From an uncultured Candidatus Saccharibacteria bacterium (lineage in GTDB: Bacteria; Patescibacteriota; Minisyncoccia; Phycocordibacterales; UBA918): DNA of 64,000 bases. Positions within the stretch are counted from its first letter, which is position 1; each line of letters begins with the position of its first letter. The position numbers were made by a program, and so were the translations under genes. The notes beneath the pieces are model-generated. The model saw nothing but the letters and a program-made list of their open reading frames with translations, was not told the origin of the DNA and ran no database searches. The DNA is taken from assembly GCA_964350985.1 (NCBI GenBank), contig CAYGLK010000001.1, positions 292,528-356,527 of the forward strand, in the 5' to 3' direction. This document shows positions 39,632-50,042 of this stretch, piece after piece.

Positions 39632-40619
39632 ATTCACTGTGGTCTTTCGATTTTCCAACAAAGAACGGTAAATCATGAGCCTCGTGTGGATCATAATCAT
39701 TTGTTTTTTCACCTCTCCTCAATATCAAAACTAAAGCAGCGAAAACTACCGTTAATAATATCATAATTATTAACAAGTAAGTCCAAGGAATGGAGAAGTA
39801 AAAATTTGTATCATAGACAGCAGCTCGGTTTGTTTCACCGTACTCAATAGTCAAAAAAGCCTTATTTCTTCCTAATCTGTCTGTAAAAGGCAGTTTTTCA
39901 GTATAGGTTCTTTGTGTCCCTGGTTCTATTGGACCAAGTGTTGAATCACTTTCAATAGTTAGGTTTGTGAGTTCTTTACCTTTTCCATCGTAAATGACAA
40001 TGTCTCCAACTGGAGTTAGGGGTACATCCCCTGTATTTTCAATAACATAGGTCATTAAACCTTTATCTGGTCCAAAGCTAAAACGGTCAGTTGTAAAAGA
40101 AACTAACCGTAAAAATTCTTCTTGTTTTGATCCGACTTGAATTCTCAGAATAACTCCGCTGCCTTGTCCGTCAATCACACTTTGTTGTGCTATATCTCTA
40201 TTTGATCCTGAAGAAAATCCAACAAAAGCATGATAGAGACCTGGCTTGGCATTTTGATTGATTCGAACAGTCAGCGGTATTTCTTTTTCTTCATTATCAA
40301 CTAGTTCAATCCTGCCTCTAGTAATTTCAAGCCAGCTTGTAACTGTAGAAGTTCTATCAGACATTGAAGGGGTAATGAACTCCTTAATTTCATTTGTATC
40401 TCCTAGTTCTATTTCGTTAACTGACGCATATAAACGTAAATAACGACTTTCATTGTTTTTAAGTTTAATGTCATAGGTAAAAGTGTCTCTCGGTTCAGCT
40501 TCAATATCTATAATAAGTGGTGAGACACTAAAATTTATTGCGAAAGTAAGTTGCGGTAGAGCAACTAATAAACAAAACGTTAGAAAAGTTATGCTTTTGA
40601 ATAATTTTGTTAGTTTCAT
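39594..40619 (-). CDS. DUF916/DUF3324-like membrane-anchored surface protein
   Basis: Signal peptide, FSVSP...W....IPLTVRI..NAKPG.Y, IENTGDVPLTP.G.I.I, C-terminal TM. Paralogue of 37991 and 56166. Confidence 0.65.
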   Translation of the reverse strand: MKLTKLFKSITFLTFCLLVALPQLTFAINFSVSPLIIDIEAEPRDTFTYDIKLKNNESRYLRLYASVNEIELGDTNEIKEFITPSMSDRTSTVTSWLEITRGRIELVDNEEKEIPLTVRINQNAKPGLYHAFVGFSSGSNRDIAQQSVIDGQGSGVILRIQVGSKQEEFLRLVSFTTDRFSFGPDKGLMTYVIENTGDVPLTPVGDIVIYDGKGKELTNLTIESDSTLGPIEPGTQRTYTEKLPFTDRLGRNKAFLTIEYGETNRAAVYDTNFYFSIPWTYLLIIMILLTVVFAALVLILRRGEKTNDYDPHEAHDLPFFVGKSKDHSEYEHDIDLKKKDS

Positions 40620-40621
40620 AA

Positions 40622-43600
40622 TTAGTATGAAGGAATAGCTAAATAAACAATCTCAGTCTCATAATCACCGGCTGGCTGTAACTGATTTACCCTAATTCTA
40701 TAGACTATATCATATGTATCATTTCCAGGAATTGAGCTGTACATAACCTCAGTTGGGTCTGTCTCCAGTCCAGCATAAGTGTCACTGGCTGCAAACCTGG
40801 TGGAGCCGTCTTTCAGAGTTGGATCAGTCGAATGGTAACCAAAACAACCTGTAGAAGATGCGTTGCAAGCAGCTGACCAACTACTTGGTAATACGTTTGT
40901 GGCAGAGATGGATTGGATGGAATTTCCGTTTGAACTTAATAATTCTTGTCTAGCAAACTTTAATATTTGGTAGCCTTCAGAAGCATTAGTAAGGACATTC
41001 AGTCGATGAGCGGCAATGGACTCACTGTTTATTGTTAGTCTACCAAAATCTATACCTGAAGGACTAGTAGAGACATTGGTCACTACCCCAGCTGTAGTTG
41101 TCCCGGAAGGTAGGCCAGCAAGAGAAAACTCTAGAGAAGGACCTTCCGTTAACAAAGAAGGATATGATGAATCGTTGGCAAAATAAACAGGTGAATCGTT
41201 AGTTGTATCATAAAGTCTAAAGTAATAGACGGCATTAACCCTAGCGGCTACGTGCCTTAGGTAAAAACTATATTCCTGAGTTACTCCAGCAAAATGTGTA
41301 TGAGTTGTTACAGAGTTAGCAATGGTGTTATGGGTACCACAACCAACTCCGACACTAGAAACACAAGTATCTGCATCAGACAATAGTGTCGTTGTTATTA
41401 GTTCATTATCAACTCCTCCACCTTCTGCATAACACCACAAAGATAAATCGGCACAACTGGTGGTGGCTACTACGTCTATTGGATTGGTAAAAGTTACATC
41501 TTCAGAAAATTGTAATTTAAATTTAATGTTATCTCCTTGAGCATTTTTTCTTTCATCCACACTAACTCTTAAGGCTAGCGTATCGTTATTGGCAATATTA
41601 ATTGGTGTTACTTCCTCTGCTCCAAGTGGACTCGACGGAGTCTCATTTTCTAGATCACTATACCAGCGCCAATTTGTAATTAATGGCGTATATCCAGCAG
41701 TTCTAATTTGCGGATAATTGCTATATCCATCAAGTAAAGCTCCATCACTTTTAACAGCCCTGAAACAATAAGTACTTTGTGGATTAGCACCATTTTGCTC
41801 TAGGTACCAATCGTACTCAATAATATCCCCCTCATCTGCAGCGTATGGGTTAATAGCTGATGGATTCTCATGAACTAGTGCTCCTGATCTATTGGCAATA
41901 GAGATTAGTAAATCTCCGCCTGTTGGGGGGTCTAAAGAAAGACTTGTACCGTCCGTTGTTCCAGTTGCGGCAAAACCTCTCCAAATTGAGCCACTACCGG
42001 CCGCGCCCACATCATTCCAGTTTTCAAGACTTACTGCCGAACATGTACCAGGACGAAGAGCGTATTGCAATTTAAAATTTACAAACCCAGCTGGCATGTT
42101 GGCATTATTTATTCTCATAGTCATTCGAACCCGTAAGCGTTCACCAATTCCAAGCGGTTCGTCAGCTGTAGTGATTGGGGAATTTTCTCCAACATCACTT
42201 ATTCCAACTGGCCAAGGATCTGTTGGAGTCAAATCATTATTATCAACATAAAAACGATAATAGTTTTGTCTGATAGCTAAGTCCGCCACAGGCCATTCAA
42301 CTAGTTCAACCCTGTAAGTAAGAACTGACCCAGTGTTACTACGCCATATTTGGTATGTAGAAGTACTGGTTATTGTAAATCCCGCCATTGCTCTTGGATG
42401 AGTATTGTTAGCTCCAGCAGCGTAAACATTAGCTGAAATAGAAGTATTATTTAAAGCATCAAGCGAAGTTGGCAAAACTACAGATAAAGCAAGTGGGCCT
42501 GTACCACCGCTTGTAATTCCATTTGATCGTTGCACATTCATGCCAGATATTCCAGTTTGTATGTTTTCTACTACCCAAGCGACAGATGTTTGCTCAACAG
42601 CAACCGAAGCCCCAGCTGCTAACTCAAAAGAGACAGCGCCGATACTTGAAAGCCAGACCTGGTGTCCAAAGTGAACAACGTTTGTGGTTGCTCCCATTCT
42701 TTTTTGAGCATGAATAAATGTCCGGGCTAGACTATTTACTGGTGTAATTGACTCTGTCTCTGTAACACCTGAAGCAGTATATGAATGCTCTACTCTTTGC
42801 ACATTCCAATTAACACCGACAAATTCGACCACTGCGTAACTTACTTCAATAATACTACCGCCTGCGTTCCCTCTTCTAAAGACTGGACTTTTCGTTACTG
42901 GATCCCAAGTTGCTGTTACTTGTCCGGCGTAGTAGTTTCTTGATGCATTACGATTTAAAACACCAGTTACAAATACCACTACCTTACTGTCATCAACGAC
43001 ATTGTTGGCAACCGTTCCAGTTGCGACCACACTTGAGTTAGACACAGTTAAAGTACCGACATCTCTAACCTGCATCTCATTGTCGGTATTTATCTTTCCA
43101 ATAAACTCAATTATCTCCCAGTCTACTCTAGTGTTATTGATAGAAACTCCTGTCCGACCAATAGTGAAGCTAGTACCGATATTTTCTGGATCTTCTATAT
43201 AGGCAGTGACGTCATCAACGTTTTGGGCCGAGGTAACACCAGTATTATGTCCCGCCCCAGTATAGTGAGCATTGGTAATCCTGACGAAAGCCAAACTTGT
43301 ACTAGCTACTGGCGTATACCCAACTCCTGAAACAACCGTTGTCGCTGTACCAGAAACCTGCACTGAACCTCTTTGAATTTTAAAGTCACGTTTAACAGCT
43401 GTACTGATTTCTGCATAATTATTGTAACTATTGAAACTTGTTCCTAATGCTGAAACTCGAAAACAATAACTTGTTCCATACGATGTAAGGTTGGTTGAAG
43501 TGATGCTAAATTCTAGATCGACATAGTCATCAGCTGGTATTGTCGTAGTGGCAGTAAGTGACTCAGTATCTCGTACGCCGCCATTGGCAGTAATAAAACT

Positions 43601-46600
43601 TCCAACTCCATCGGAAACTCCTCCATTAGCTACTATTATATCGGTTGTTGTTTCACCATTTGTTAAAAAAGTTGAATCGGACATGTCCCATCCGTCCGCC
43701 GCAGCATCCACATCGGTCCAAACAGTCGCCATATCACAAGTTGTAATCTTAGGTGAATATTCAAGTCGATATCGTCTTGGTGCGCTTGATATTGCAGCCG
43801 TATTTGTAACACCAATTCTAAGACGAATTTTACTGTTTGGGGTGAAGTCAGTTATAGGTGTGTTTTCAGAACCGCCGGTTGCAGAAGTTGCTGCTGTCTC
43901 AGATCCGTTATCATTGCGCCAATGATAATTAGTTTGTGTTAAGTTGGCTCCAGCAATTGTAGTTGTATCATTAATACTTATTTGCGCAGAAGGTCCGACT
44001 GTCGCCACCCCATCAACAAGAACGTCAGCTGTTGGAGAATTAATAATAATGTCTATGGTTTCATTATTTTGCGCAAATGAAGTAACGTCATAAACGACAT
44101 AAATACAAGCTGTACTGGTTGTAGAAATAGCAACAGTGTCGCTAAATGTGGCACTCTCTCCTGCTCCTGAAAATCCACTAAGCGAAGTGACTCCAAACTG
44201 TGCCTCACCACCTCCATATGATTCACTAGCACAATTGTAAGGAGCTGTGGTATCTAGGTCATAGAATAGTCTTAGGTTTTCTAGACCTACGGCTCCATCA
44301 ACAGTACCTGTTTCGTATATTGTAATATCAGTAATATTTCTTGAGCTAGTATTTTCCAGCACACTAAATCCTCCACCTGAATATACATTTGTGTCAAAAA
44401 CAGATGTAGAGGCAATTTGATTACCAAATGCCTGCACTAGAACATCAGCAGAAATTGTGACGCGTGGTAGTTCGGTATAACTACTAAGCGCAACTCCATT
44501 TTTAACTAATCTAAAACAATATGTTTCTCCTTCAACCGAAGTTGTCGAAGCAACAACAGAAAACTCCGCTTCAAAAAAATCATCGATATCGAGACTCATT
44601 GATCCTGAAGTATTGTTGACGTCTCTAAAAGCAGCATTGGAACTGACAAAATTTGTACCAAAAATATCTGTCACTCCTCCACTACTAGGATTTATATTTG
44701 TCGTATTATTTCCATCCGTAATATTTACTGAATCGCTCAGACTCCAAACAGACGCTGGGTCGCCAACTAGTTCCCAACTTGAAGTATCAGCACAAGTAGG
44801 TGCTGCCACTCCATATTGAAGTGAGAAATTTGTTGGTGGAGTTGTTGTTGAACCCTGGTTTGCCACTCCAATTCTAAGTCTCCTTGGTACATTTTTTTGC
44901 AGCGCTGGGATAGGTGTATTTTCGATGCCAGCAGTAGCAGATGAGGCAGTTATTTCAGTGCCGTTATCTAAGCGCCAATGATAAGCAAACTGGGTTAGGT
45001 TAGGATCAACAATAGTAGTTGTCCCGTCTATAGCTATTTCTGTATCTGGGAAAACATCTGGTCCTCCAGATGTTAGGACATCAAGTTTTGGATTGGCGAC
45101 TGATATTTCTATCGTACTACCATCAAGTGCATTCGGTTCAACATCAAAGACAACATAAACACACATGGATTGAGTACTTGATACTGAAACTGGTGAAGTA
45201 CTAAATGAAGCAACACCGTCACCTCCAGAAAAACCTGACGCTACGACTGTACCGAACTGGGCCTCGCCACCACTATATGATTCACTTGTACAGTCATACG
45301 GGGCTGAGGTATCGAGATCATAAAATAATTTTACATTTTTAATATTATTTTGCGCATCGATGGTGCCTGTTTCGCTAACAACTATTGTTCCAATGCTTTG
45401 ATTACTTCGAGCTTTAACCAGAAAAGATCCGCCAATATATAAATCACTTGATGAAGCCAAAACTTCAGTAACCTGGGTCCCTAGTGAACTTAATTCTACA
45501 TCCGGACCAATATCTGCTAAGGTGTTTCCAAAAATATCACGCACTCCAGCTGTATTATCAAACCAGGTAATATATAGACGTTCTTGGTCCATTAGGTTCA
45601 TATCAATTCCATACATATCACCTGAAACTGAATTTAAAGGTCCTTGTTCACTACCCCAAGTACTCATACTAGTTGTAGACCTAACCCAAAATACATCAGC
45701 TGAACCAACAGTACCTATAACCGCTCTGGCGGTATAACCGACATAGATGTCGCCATTATTTAAATCTCGTCCGATAGCAACTTGTAAAAGTCCTCTGGCA
45801 GGATCATCAGTAATAATGTCAGCTTGAGATGACCAAGAACCTGAACTATATAGACGCGAACGAATATCATGATCAGTTACGGTAAAATTATTATTATCAG
45901 CTACATAAACCAAATAAATATCTCCGTTTGTAATATCAACTGTTGCAGCCATACTGACATCGTAAGTTGTATTACGTGGAGCTGATGCATCTACTGTAGT
46001 AAATGATGACCAGGTTGCTCCACCCCAAATACTAGATCTAATTTGATTTGTTGAACTACGATTTATAAGCATCACATTTCCACTTAGTAGAGGTACAAGT
46101 AGACTCCAGGTATTAACGTTACCTTGTGGTGGAGTGCCAACGTCACTCCAGCTCGTAGACAGATCACAACTTGATGAACATGATCGTATATAGGTTCCAT
46201 TACTATCGTCGATGGTCATATAAATTGCACCATCTGTTGCTTTAGTAACGCTGATCACATTTGCGCCTACAGAATAAGCAGTAACTAACCCAGGCATAGT
46301 ACTTGTTGAAGTAGTCAATAAGAGTGAGTCATCTGTTGTGTCCATCCGGTTGTAAAACATTTCGTCTGCGCCAGTATCAAAAGTTGCAATATGAATCATG
46401 CTTCCTGTGTCACCAGGAGTCCATTGATCGTACCAAACAGAGACATCTGCACAGTCGGTTTGACTATCTACCGCAACCTGACTACCCCAAGTGTCTCCAC
46501 CGTCTGTAGTTTTCCGGTAGACACAACGACCGTTGTCAGGAGATGCTCCATAGCGATGAAATTTATAGCCTACCTGATCACTTACAAAGACAACACTAGA

Positions 46601-46792
46601 CCCAGCTTTGTTGTGCGTAACTGCTGTTGTATTTGGAGATGGCTCAAGGGTAACTACTGCCGCTTCAGCTTTTTCAATAAATAAATTTGATAATCCAATA
46701 AAAATAATACTGGTATCAGACAAAAACAACGCCAATATAACTAGTGACACTAAAAACTTTTTGATACCAAAAAATAAGCCTCGGAATTTCAT
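40622..46792 (-). CDS. Giant secreted repeat protein (putative adhesin) with WxL/pilin-like C-terminal domain
   Basis: Signal peptide (AEA), Asp-box KTTDGGDTW, two internal repeat families, C-terminus QPAGDYETEIVYLAIPSY; no C-terminal TM. Confidence 0.75.
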   Translation of the reverse strand: MKFRGLFFGIKKFLVSLVILALFLSDTSIIFIGLSNLFIEKAEAAVVTLEPSPNTTAVTHNKAGSSVVFVSDQVGYKFHRYGASPDNGRCVYRKTTDGGDTWGSQVAVDSQTDCADVSVWYDQWTPGDTGSMIHIATFDTGADEMFYNRMDTTDDSLLLTTSTSTMPGLVTAYSVGANVISVTKATDGAIYMTIDDSNGTYIRSCSSSCDLSTSWSDVGTPPQGNVNTWSLLVPLLSGNVMLINRSSTNQIRSSIWGGATWSSFTTVDASAPRNTTYDVSMAATVDITNGDIYLVYVADNNNFTVTDHDIRSRLYSSGSWSSQADIITDDPARGLLQVAIGRDLNNGDIYVGYTARAVIGTVGSADVFWVRSTTSMSTWGSEQGPLNSVSGDMYGIDMNLMDQERLYITWFDNTAGVRDIFGNTLADIGPDVELSSLGTQVTEVLASSSDLYIGGSFLVKARSNQSIGTIVVSETGTIDAQNNIKNVKLFYDLDTSAPYDCTSESYSGGEAQFGTVVASGFSGGDGVASFSTSPVSVSSTQSMCVYVVFDVEPNALDGSTIEISVANPKLDVLTSGGPDVFPDTEIAIDGTTTIVDPNLTQFAYHWRLDNGTEITASSATAGIENTPIPALQKNVPRRLRIGVANQGSTTTPPTNFSLQYGVAAPTCADTSSWELVGDPASVWSLSDSVNITDGNNTTNINPSSGGVTDIFGTNFVSSNAAFRDVNNTSGSMSLDIDDFFEAEFSVVASTTSVEGETYCFRLVKNGVALSSYTELPRVTISADVLVQAFGNQIASTSVFDTNVYSGGGFSVLENTSSRNITDITIYETGTVDGAVGLENLRLFYDLDTTAPYNCASESYGGGEAQFGVTSLSGFSGAGESATFSDTVAISTTSTACIYVVYDVTSFAQNNETIDIIINSPTADVLVDGVATVGPSAQISINDTTTIAGANLTQTNYHWRNDNGSETAATSATGGSENTPITDFTPNSKIRLRIGVTNTAAISSAPRRYRLEYSPKITTCDMATVWTDVDAAADGWDMSDSTFLTNGETTTDIIVANGGVSDGVGSFITANGGVRDTESLTATTTIPADDYVDLEFSITSTNLTSYGTSYCFRVSALGTSFNSYNNYAEISTAVKRDFKIQRGSVQVSGTATTVVSGVGYTPVASTSLAFVRITNAHYTGAGHNTGVTSAQNVDDVTAYIEDPENIGTSFTIGRTGVSINNTRVDWEIIEFIGKINTDNEMQVRDVGTLTVSNSSVVATGTVANNVVDDSKVVVFVTGVLNRNASRNYYAGQVTATWDPVTKSPVFRRGNAGGSIIEVSYAVVEFVGVNWNVQRVEHSYTASGVTETESITPVNSLARTFIHAQKRMGATTNVVHFGHQVWLSSIGAVSFELAAGASVAVEQTSVAWVVENIQTGISGMNVQRSNGITSGGTGPLALSVVLPTSLDALNNTSISANVYAAGANNTHPRAMAGFTITSTSTYQIWRSNTGSVLTYRVELVEWPVADLAIRQNYYRFYVDNNDLTPTDPWPVGISDVGENSPITTADEPLGIGERLRVRMTMRINNANMPAGFVNFKLQYALRPGTCSAVSLENWNDVGAAGSGSIWRGFAATGTTDGTSLSLDPPTGGDLLISIANRSGALVHENPSAINPYAADEGDIIEYDWYLEQNGANPQSTYCFRAVKSDGALLDGYSNYPQIRTAGYTPLITNWRWYSDLENETPSSPLGAEEVTPINIANNDTLALRVSVDERKNAQGDNIKFKLQFSEDVTFTNPIDVVATTSCADLSLWCYAEGGGVDNELITTTLLSDADTCVSSVGVGCGTHNTIANSVTTHTHFAGVTQEYSFYLRHVAARVNAVYYFRLYDTTNDSPVYFANDSSYPSLLTEGPSLEFSLAGLPSGTTTAGVVTNVSTSPSGIDFGRLTINSESIAAHRLNVLTNASEGYQILKFARQELLSSNGNSIQSISATNVLPSSWSAACNASSTGCFGYHSTDPTLKDGSTRFAASDTYAGLETDPTEVMYSSIPGNDTYDIVYRIRVNQLQPAGDYETEIVYLAIPSY

Positions 46793-46834
46793 AACCGTTC
46801 CTATTATTGTACACGACTATTTTCTAAAAGTGCC

Positions 46835-48496
46835 TTATTCTTGCACAGATTCGGGGGTTTGTTCAACTGGATCGATCTCAATCTGCGGATCAAGCTTTTC
46901 AATAACAAGATCAAACTCCGCCAGAGTTGTCTCACTCTCCTCAATCGGTGGGTTTTCAAGTAAATCTCCTATTTCTAAAGTTGATGTAGACAGGTCTAAT
47001 GTCAGTGTAGGTGTAGTAGTAGACACAACTAAATTTTCAACAACATTAGGTTCGGGATCACTAATTGATGGAGTGGTTGTGGCTCCGGTTAATTCTTCAA
47101 CTTCTGACTTTAAGCTAGGCTTACTTTGTATCAGTGCTCTAGTTTCGCCAGTAGAATCACTGGTTGGAATATCTTTTGGTAACTCCCGAGGAAGTGTATC
47201 AAGCTCAATAAACCTTTTAGCCAGAACGTCATAACCTTTAGTGACAATATCACCATTAGGAGAAAGTGAATCGTAAACAAAAACCATCCGTGGATTAGAT
47301 ACAGATAAACCATCTGGATCATCGACAGATACGTATGTCTTACTGTCCATATTGTAGATCTCAATTGTCTTATTACCATTCTTATCGTGGCGATTCCAAA
47401 CTACAAGTGAACCGTGTAAATAAGGTGCGACATTATTACCTGTTGTCGTTGTTATTTGATTTTCTTTCTTCCCATCGTAGAGAATGATATTCCAGCCTCC
47501 ATCAACCCAGCGCTGCCAAACAATATAATCACCCTGCTTAGTAGGCTCCATATTATTTGAACTTGTGTTTGTCAGGATTGTTTCTGTCTTTGTATCAATG
47601 TCATAGAGGATAACTTGATAACGATCGTTAATTAGTCTATGCCAGACAATTGTATCGGTATTTTGGTCATAATATGGCGCTGAGTCATCTTCTTTGTTTT
47701 TTGTTATCTGAACTTGAACCCCGTCTCGAACAAAGAATATCTCCAAATCGCCATCTGCATCTGGAGCTGAGAATAGAGCGTCTTCAAGAGCATTGTCTGG
47801 CGACTTAAGACAATAGAATGAACCTGTAGCTAATTGAGTACATTCATCTCTCGTAAATGAAAATGCACTATCACTTTGGGTAATAGAAACAGCTTCGTGC
47901 GTAACCTCAACTGATTCAGCTTCATCAACTACTTCTTCAACAATTTCGTCGACCTCCTCTATCGCCTCCTCATCAACAAGCTCTTGTTCTTCTATTTCTT
48001 CTTCAGAAGTAGTTCCATTAGACTGATCAGCTTCGCTATCTATCTCAATTACATCCTCTAAGGTAGAGGATGAATTATCAAATACAACAGTTGTTGTCGC
48101 ATTTAGATCATTAAATCCATCAGCCTCATCAATAAGTTCATCGGTATCTTCTTGGGACTCCTCTACAATCTCTTCTTCCTCTTCAGCAATAGTGTTTTCA
48201 GTCTCTATAGCTGGCACAACATCAACAATTACATCTTCAGGTGCAATTTCAACAACTGTATTTGAGGTATCGTTACTTACTTCATAATCTGCATAAGCAG
48301 ATTCAACTCCTTGAAGTAAGAAAGATATTAGTATTAAAAAACTAGCACAGAACGAAAAAGTGCTTGAATATACAAATCGGTACAAGAAAACTCCTTGGCT
48401 ACCTTGACTGTTTTGCTCCTCTGCGCAAACAGAAAAACTGTCCAAAGTTCTTTTTTGGTATCTTGTTTTAGTTTTTGTTTGGATTTTCTTACTCAT
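46835..48496 (-). CDS. Surface protein with acidic stalk and TolB-like beta-propeller repeats
   Basis: TM/signal region, Glu-rich linker, repeats of QIT.......P......IVW....I.LYD. Start set at MSKK. Confidence 0.65.
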   Translation of the reverse strand: MSKKIQTKTKTRYQKRTLDSFSVCAEEQNSQGSQGVFLYRFVYSSTFSFCASFLILISFLLQGVESAYADYEVSNDTSNTVVEIAPEDVIVDVVPAIETENTIAEEEEEIVEESQEDTDELIDEADGFNDLNATTTVVFDNSSSTLEDVIEIDSEADQSNGTTSEEEIEEQELVDEEAIEEVDEIVEEVVDEAESVEVTHEAVSITQSDSAFSFTRDECTQLATGSFYCLKSPDNALEDALFSAPDADGDLEIFFVRDGVQVQITKNKEDDSAPYYDQNTDTIVWHRLINDRYQVILYDIDTKTETILTNTSSNNMEPTKQGDYIVWQRWVDGGWNIILYDGKKENQITTTTGNNVAPYLHGSLVVWNRHDKNGNKTIEIYNMDSKTYVSVDDPDGLSVSNPRMVFVYDSLSPNGDIVTKGYDVLAKRFIELDTLPRELPKDIPTSDSTGETRALIQSKPSLKSEVEELTGATTTPSISDPEPNVVENLVVSTTTPTLTLDLSTSTLEIGDLLENPPIEESETTLAEFDLVIEKLDPQIEIDPVEQTPESVQE

Positions 48497-48611
48497 CAGA
48501 CAACAGCCATTTGTAGCGGAGAGCAATATATCCCATCACTATATAATAATAGCAGTAATTTATAAGAGTTTTTTACTGGTTATCAACACTTAATAGTAGT
48601 ATTTCGAATCT

Positions 48612-49364
48612 CTAATTTAAAAAAGATTTTGCCAAAATTATTGAAAAATCCACAAAATTCATTCGCCCGTCATTATTAAAATCGTAAGTAGTTTCCTGAG
48701 TTCTCCAAGAGGCCATAAAAGCGCTAATATCACTCAAAGTTACCTTTCCGTCACCGTTTATATCAGCGTTAATGACAACTCCTAAACGAGCTTTTAATTC
48801 ACCGGGAGCAGTACTCTGGTCATAGATATAAAAACTTGTCTTTGATTCTGCACCGGTATTTTTTACTGCTACTGGAGTTCCTCTACCGTCACCAGCTAGC
48901 AGATTGGCATTTTTAACCACAAATTCTGTCTGTCCAGTGCTAATAGCTTTAGCTTTTATGGTTGCAATCAAATGTTCTCCAATAAAACCTTTCTGGAAGG
49001 TGCCACCACTAAACTTAATTGAGTCACTAGAAATCACTGGCTCTTGAGTCCAAATAGTAAGTACAGACTGTGCCTTGTCTACACTTATAATTTCAATTGA
49101 ACCAGGAATAAAATCTATAGTTATATCAAGTGCGTTGACTGGTACGTGCGCTGAAGCGTAAACTTGTATATTAAAACGTTCACCTGCCAGCACATTTACC
49201 TGTGAAGGGACAAGTTTGATGTAAGACTTATCAGTAGATACAACTGACGCACCCAATATAGCCAAAGCGCCAAAAAACAAAGGAAACATATAACGAACAT
49301 TGGCTCGTTTATGTATTGGATACAGGTTTTTAATTTTTCTCCACAAAAGAGAGAAATAAATCAT
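48612..49364 (-). CDS. Secreted cohesin-like plus dockerin-like two-domain protein
   Basis: Cohesin-like beta-sandwich (GERFNIQV...VNAL...SVLTIW..EP...FSGG...GDG.GT) then a duplicated EF-hand-like loop (DINGDGKVTLSD, DFNNDGRMNFVD). Confidence 0.7.
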   Translation of the reverse strand: MIYFSLLWRKIKNLYPIHKRANVRYMFPLFFGALAILGASVVSTDKSYIKLVPSQVNVLAGERFNIQVYASAHVPVNALDITIDFIPGSIEIISVDKAQSVLTIWTQEPVISSDSIKFSGGTFQKGFIGEHLIATIKAKAISTGQTEFVVKNANLLAGDGRGTPVAVKNTGAESKTSFYIYDQSTAPGELKARLGVVINADINGDGKVTLSDISAFMASWRTQETTYDFNNDGRMNFVDFSIILAKSFLN

Positions 49365-49368
49365 AATC

Positions 49369-50022
49369 TTAGATTAATTCAGAACGCAACCTTGAAGCCT
49401 CTGCAGTGGCATTAGTTAATTGTGTTCTTATTACTTCTGCTTCTACTCTAATTTCTTCGACGCTTCTAACATTACTAGAAACTGTACCGAGAAGAGTACT
49501 AATTATCTCATCTTGTGCTCGAACCAACTGAGTAAATAATAGAGCTATCTCATTTTCTTTTTTAGCTAGATCATTCCATTTTACTAGATCAATTTCAGCA
49601 TATTCCTCGTCAGTGATTTGATTTAGAGATTCAACTTTATTTTCAAGTGAAGCAACCTCGTAACCTAGTTTTAAGGACATCACTGACCGACGACTTGAGG
49701 CCCTGTCGCCACAGCGGTCAAAGAGTGATTTTAGCTCAATAAGATCACTGCGAGATAGACCCTTATCTAATGAGGAGAGTAAGGTGTCATACTTAGTAGA
49801 ATCGCCAGAGCTACAGTCAGGAACAATTTCACTAACATCTTCAGACACTGCTCCGCGACCAAGAATAGTAGCGGTTTCTTTTAGAGTGCTAATTTGATTT
49901 TCAATATTAGTTTCAGTGTATTTTTCTAATTCTTTTGTTTTAGTATCAGCGATAGCGCTTGATAAAAAATAAACACAAATGATTCCTAAGAGTAAGCCTG
50001 CGATTCCGTATTTTGTATTCAT
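49369..50022 (-). CDS. Hypothetical exported helical protein
   Basis: N-terminal TM, a Cys pair and coiled-coil character. Confidence 0.6.
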   Translation of the reverse strand: MNTKYGIAGLLLGIICVYFLSSAIADTKTKELEKYTETNIENQISTLKETATILGRGAVSEDVSEIVPDCSSGDSTKYDTLLSSLDKGLSRSDLIELKSLFDRCGDRASSRRSVMSLKLGYEVASLENKVESLNQITDEEYAEIDLVKWNDLAKKENEIALLFTQLVRAQDEIISTLLGTVSSNVRSVEEIRVEAEVIRTQLTNATAEASRLRSELI

Positions 50023-50042
50023 ATTTATATTTTAAATTAAAC

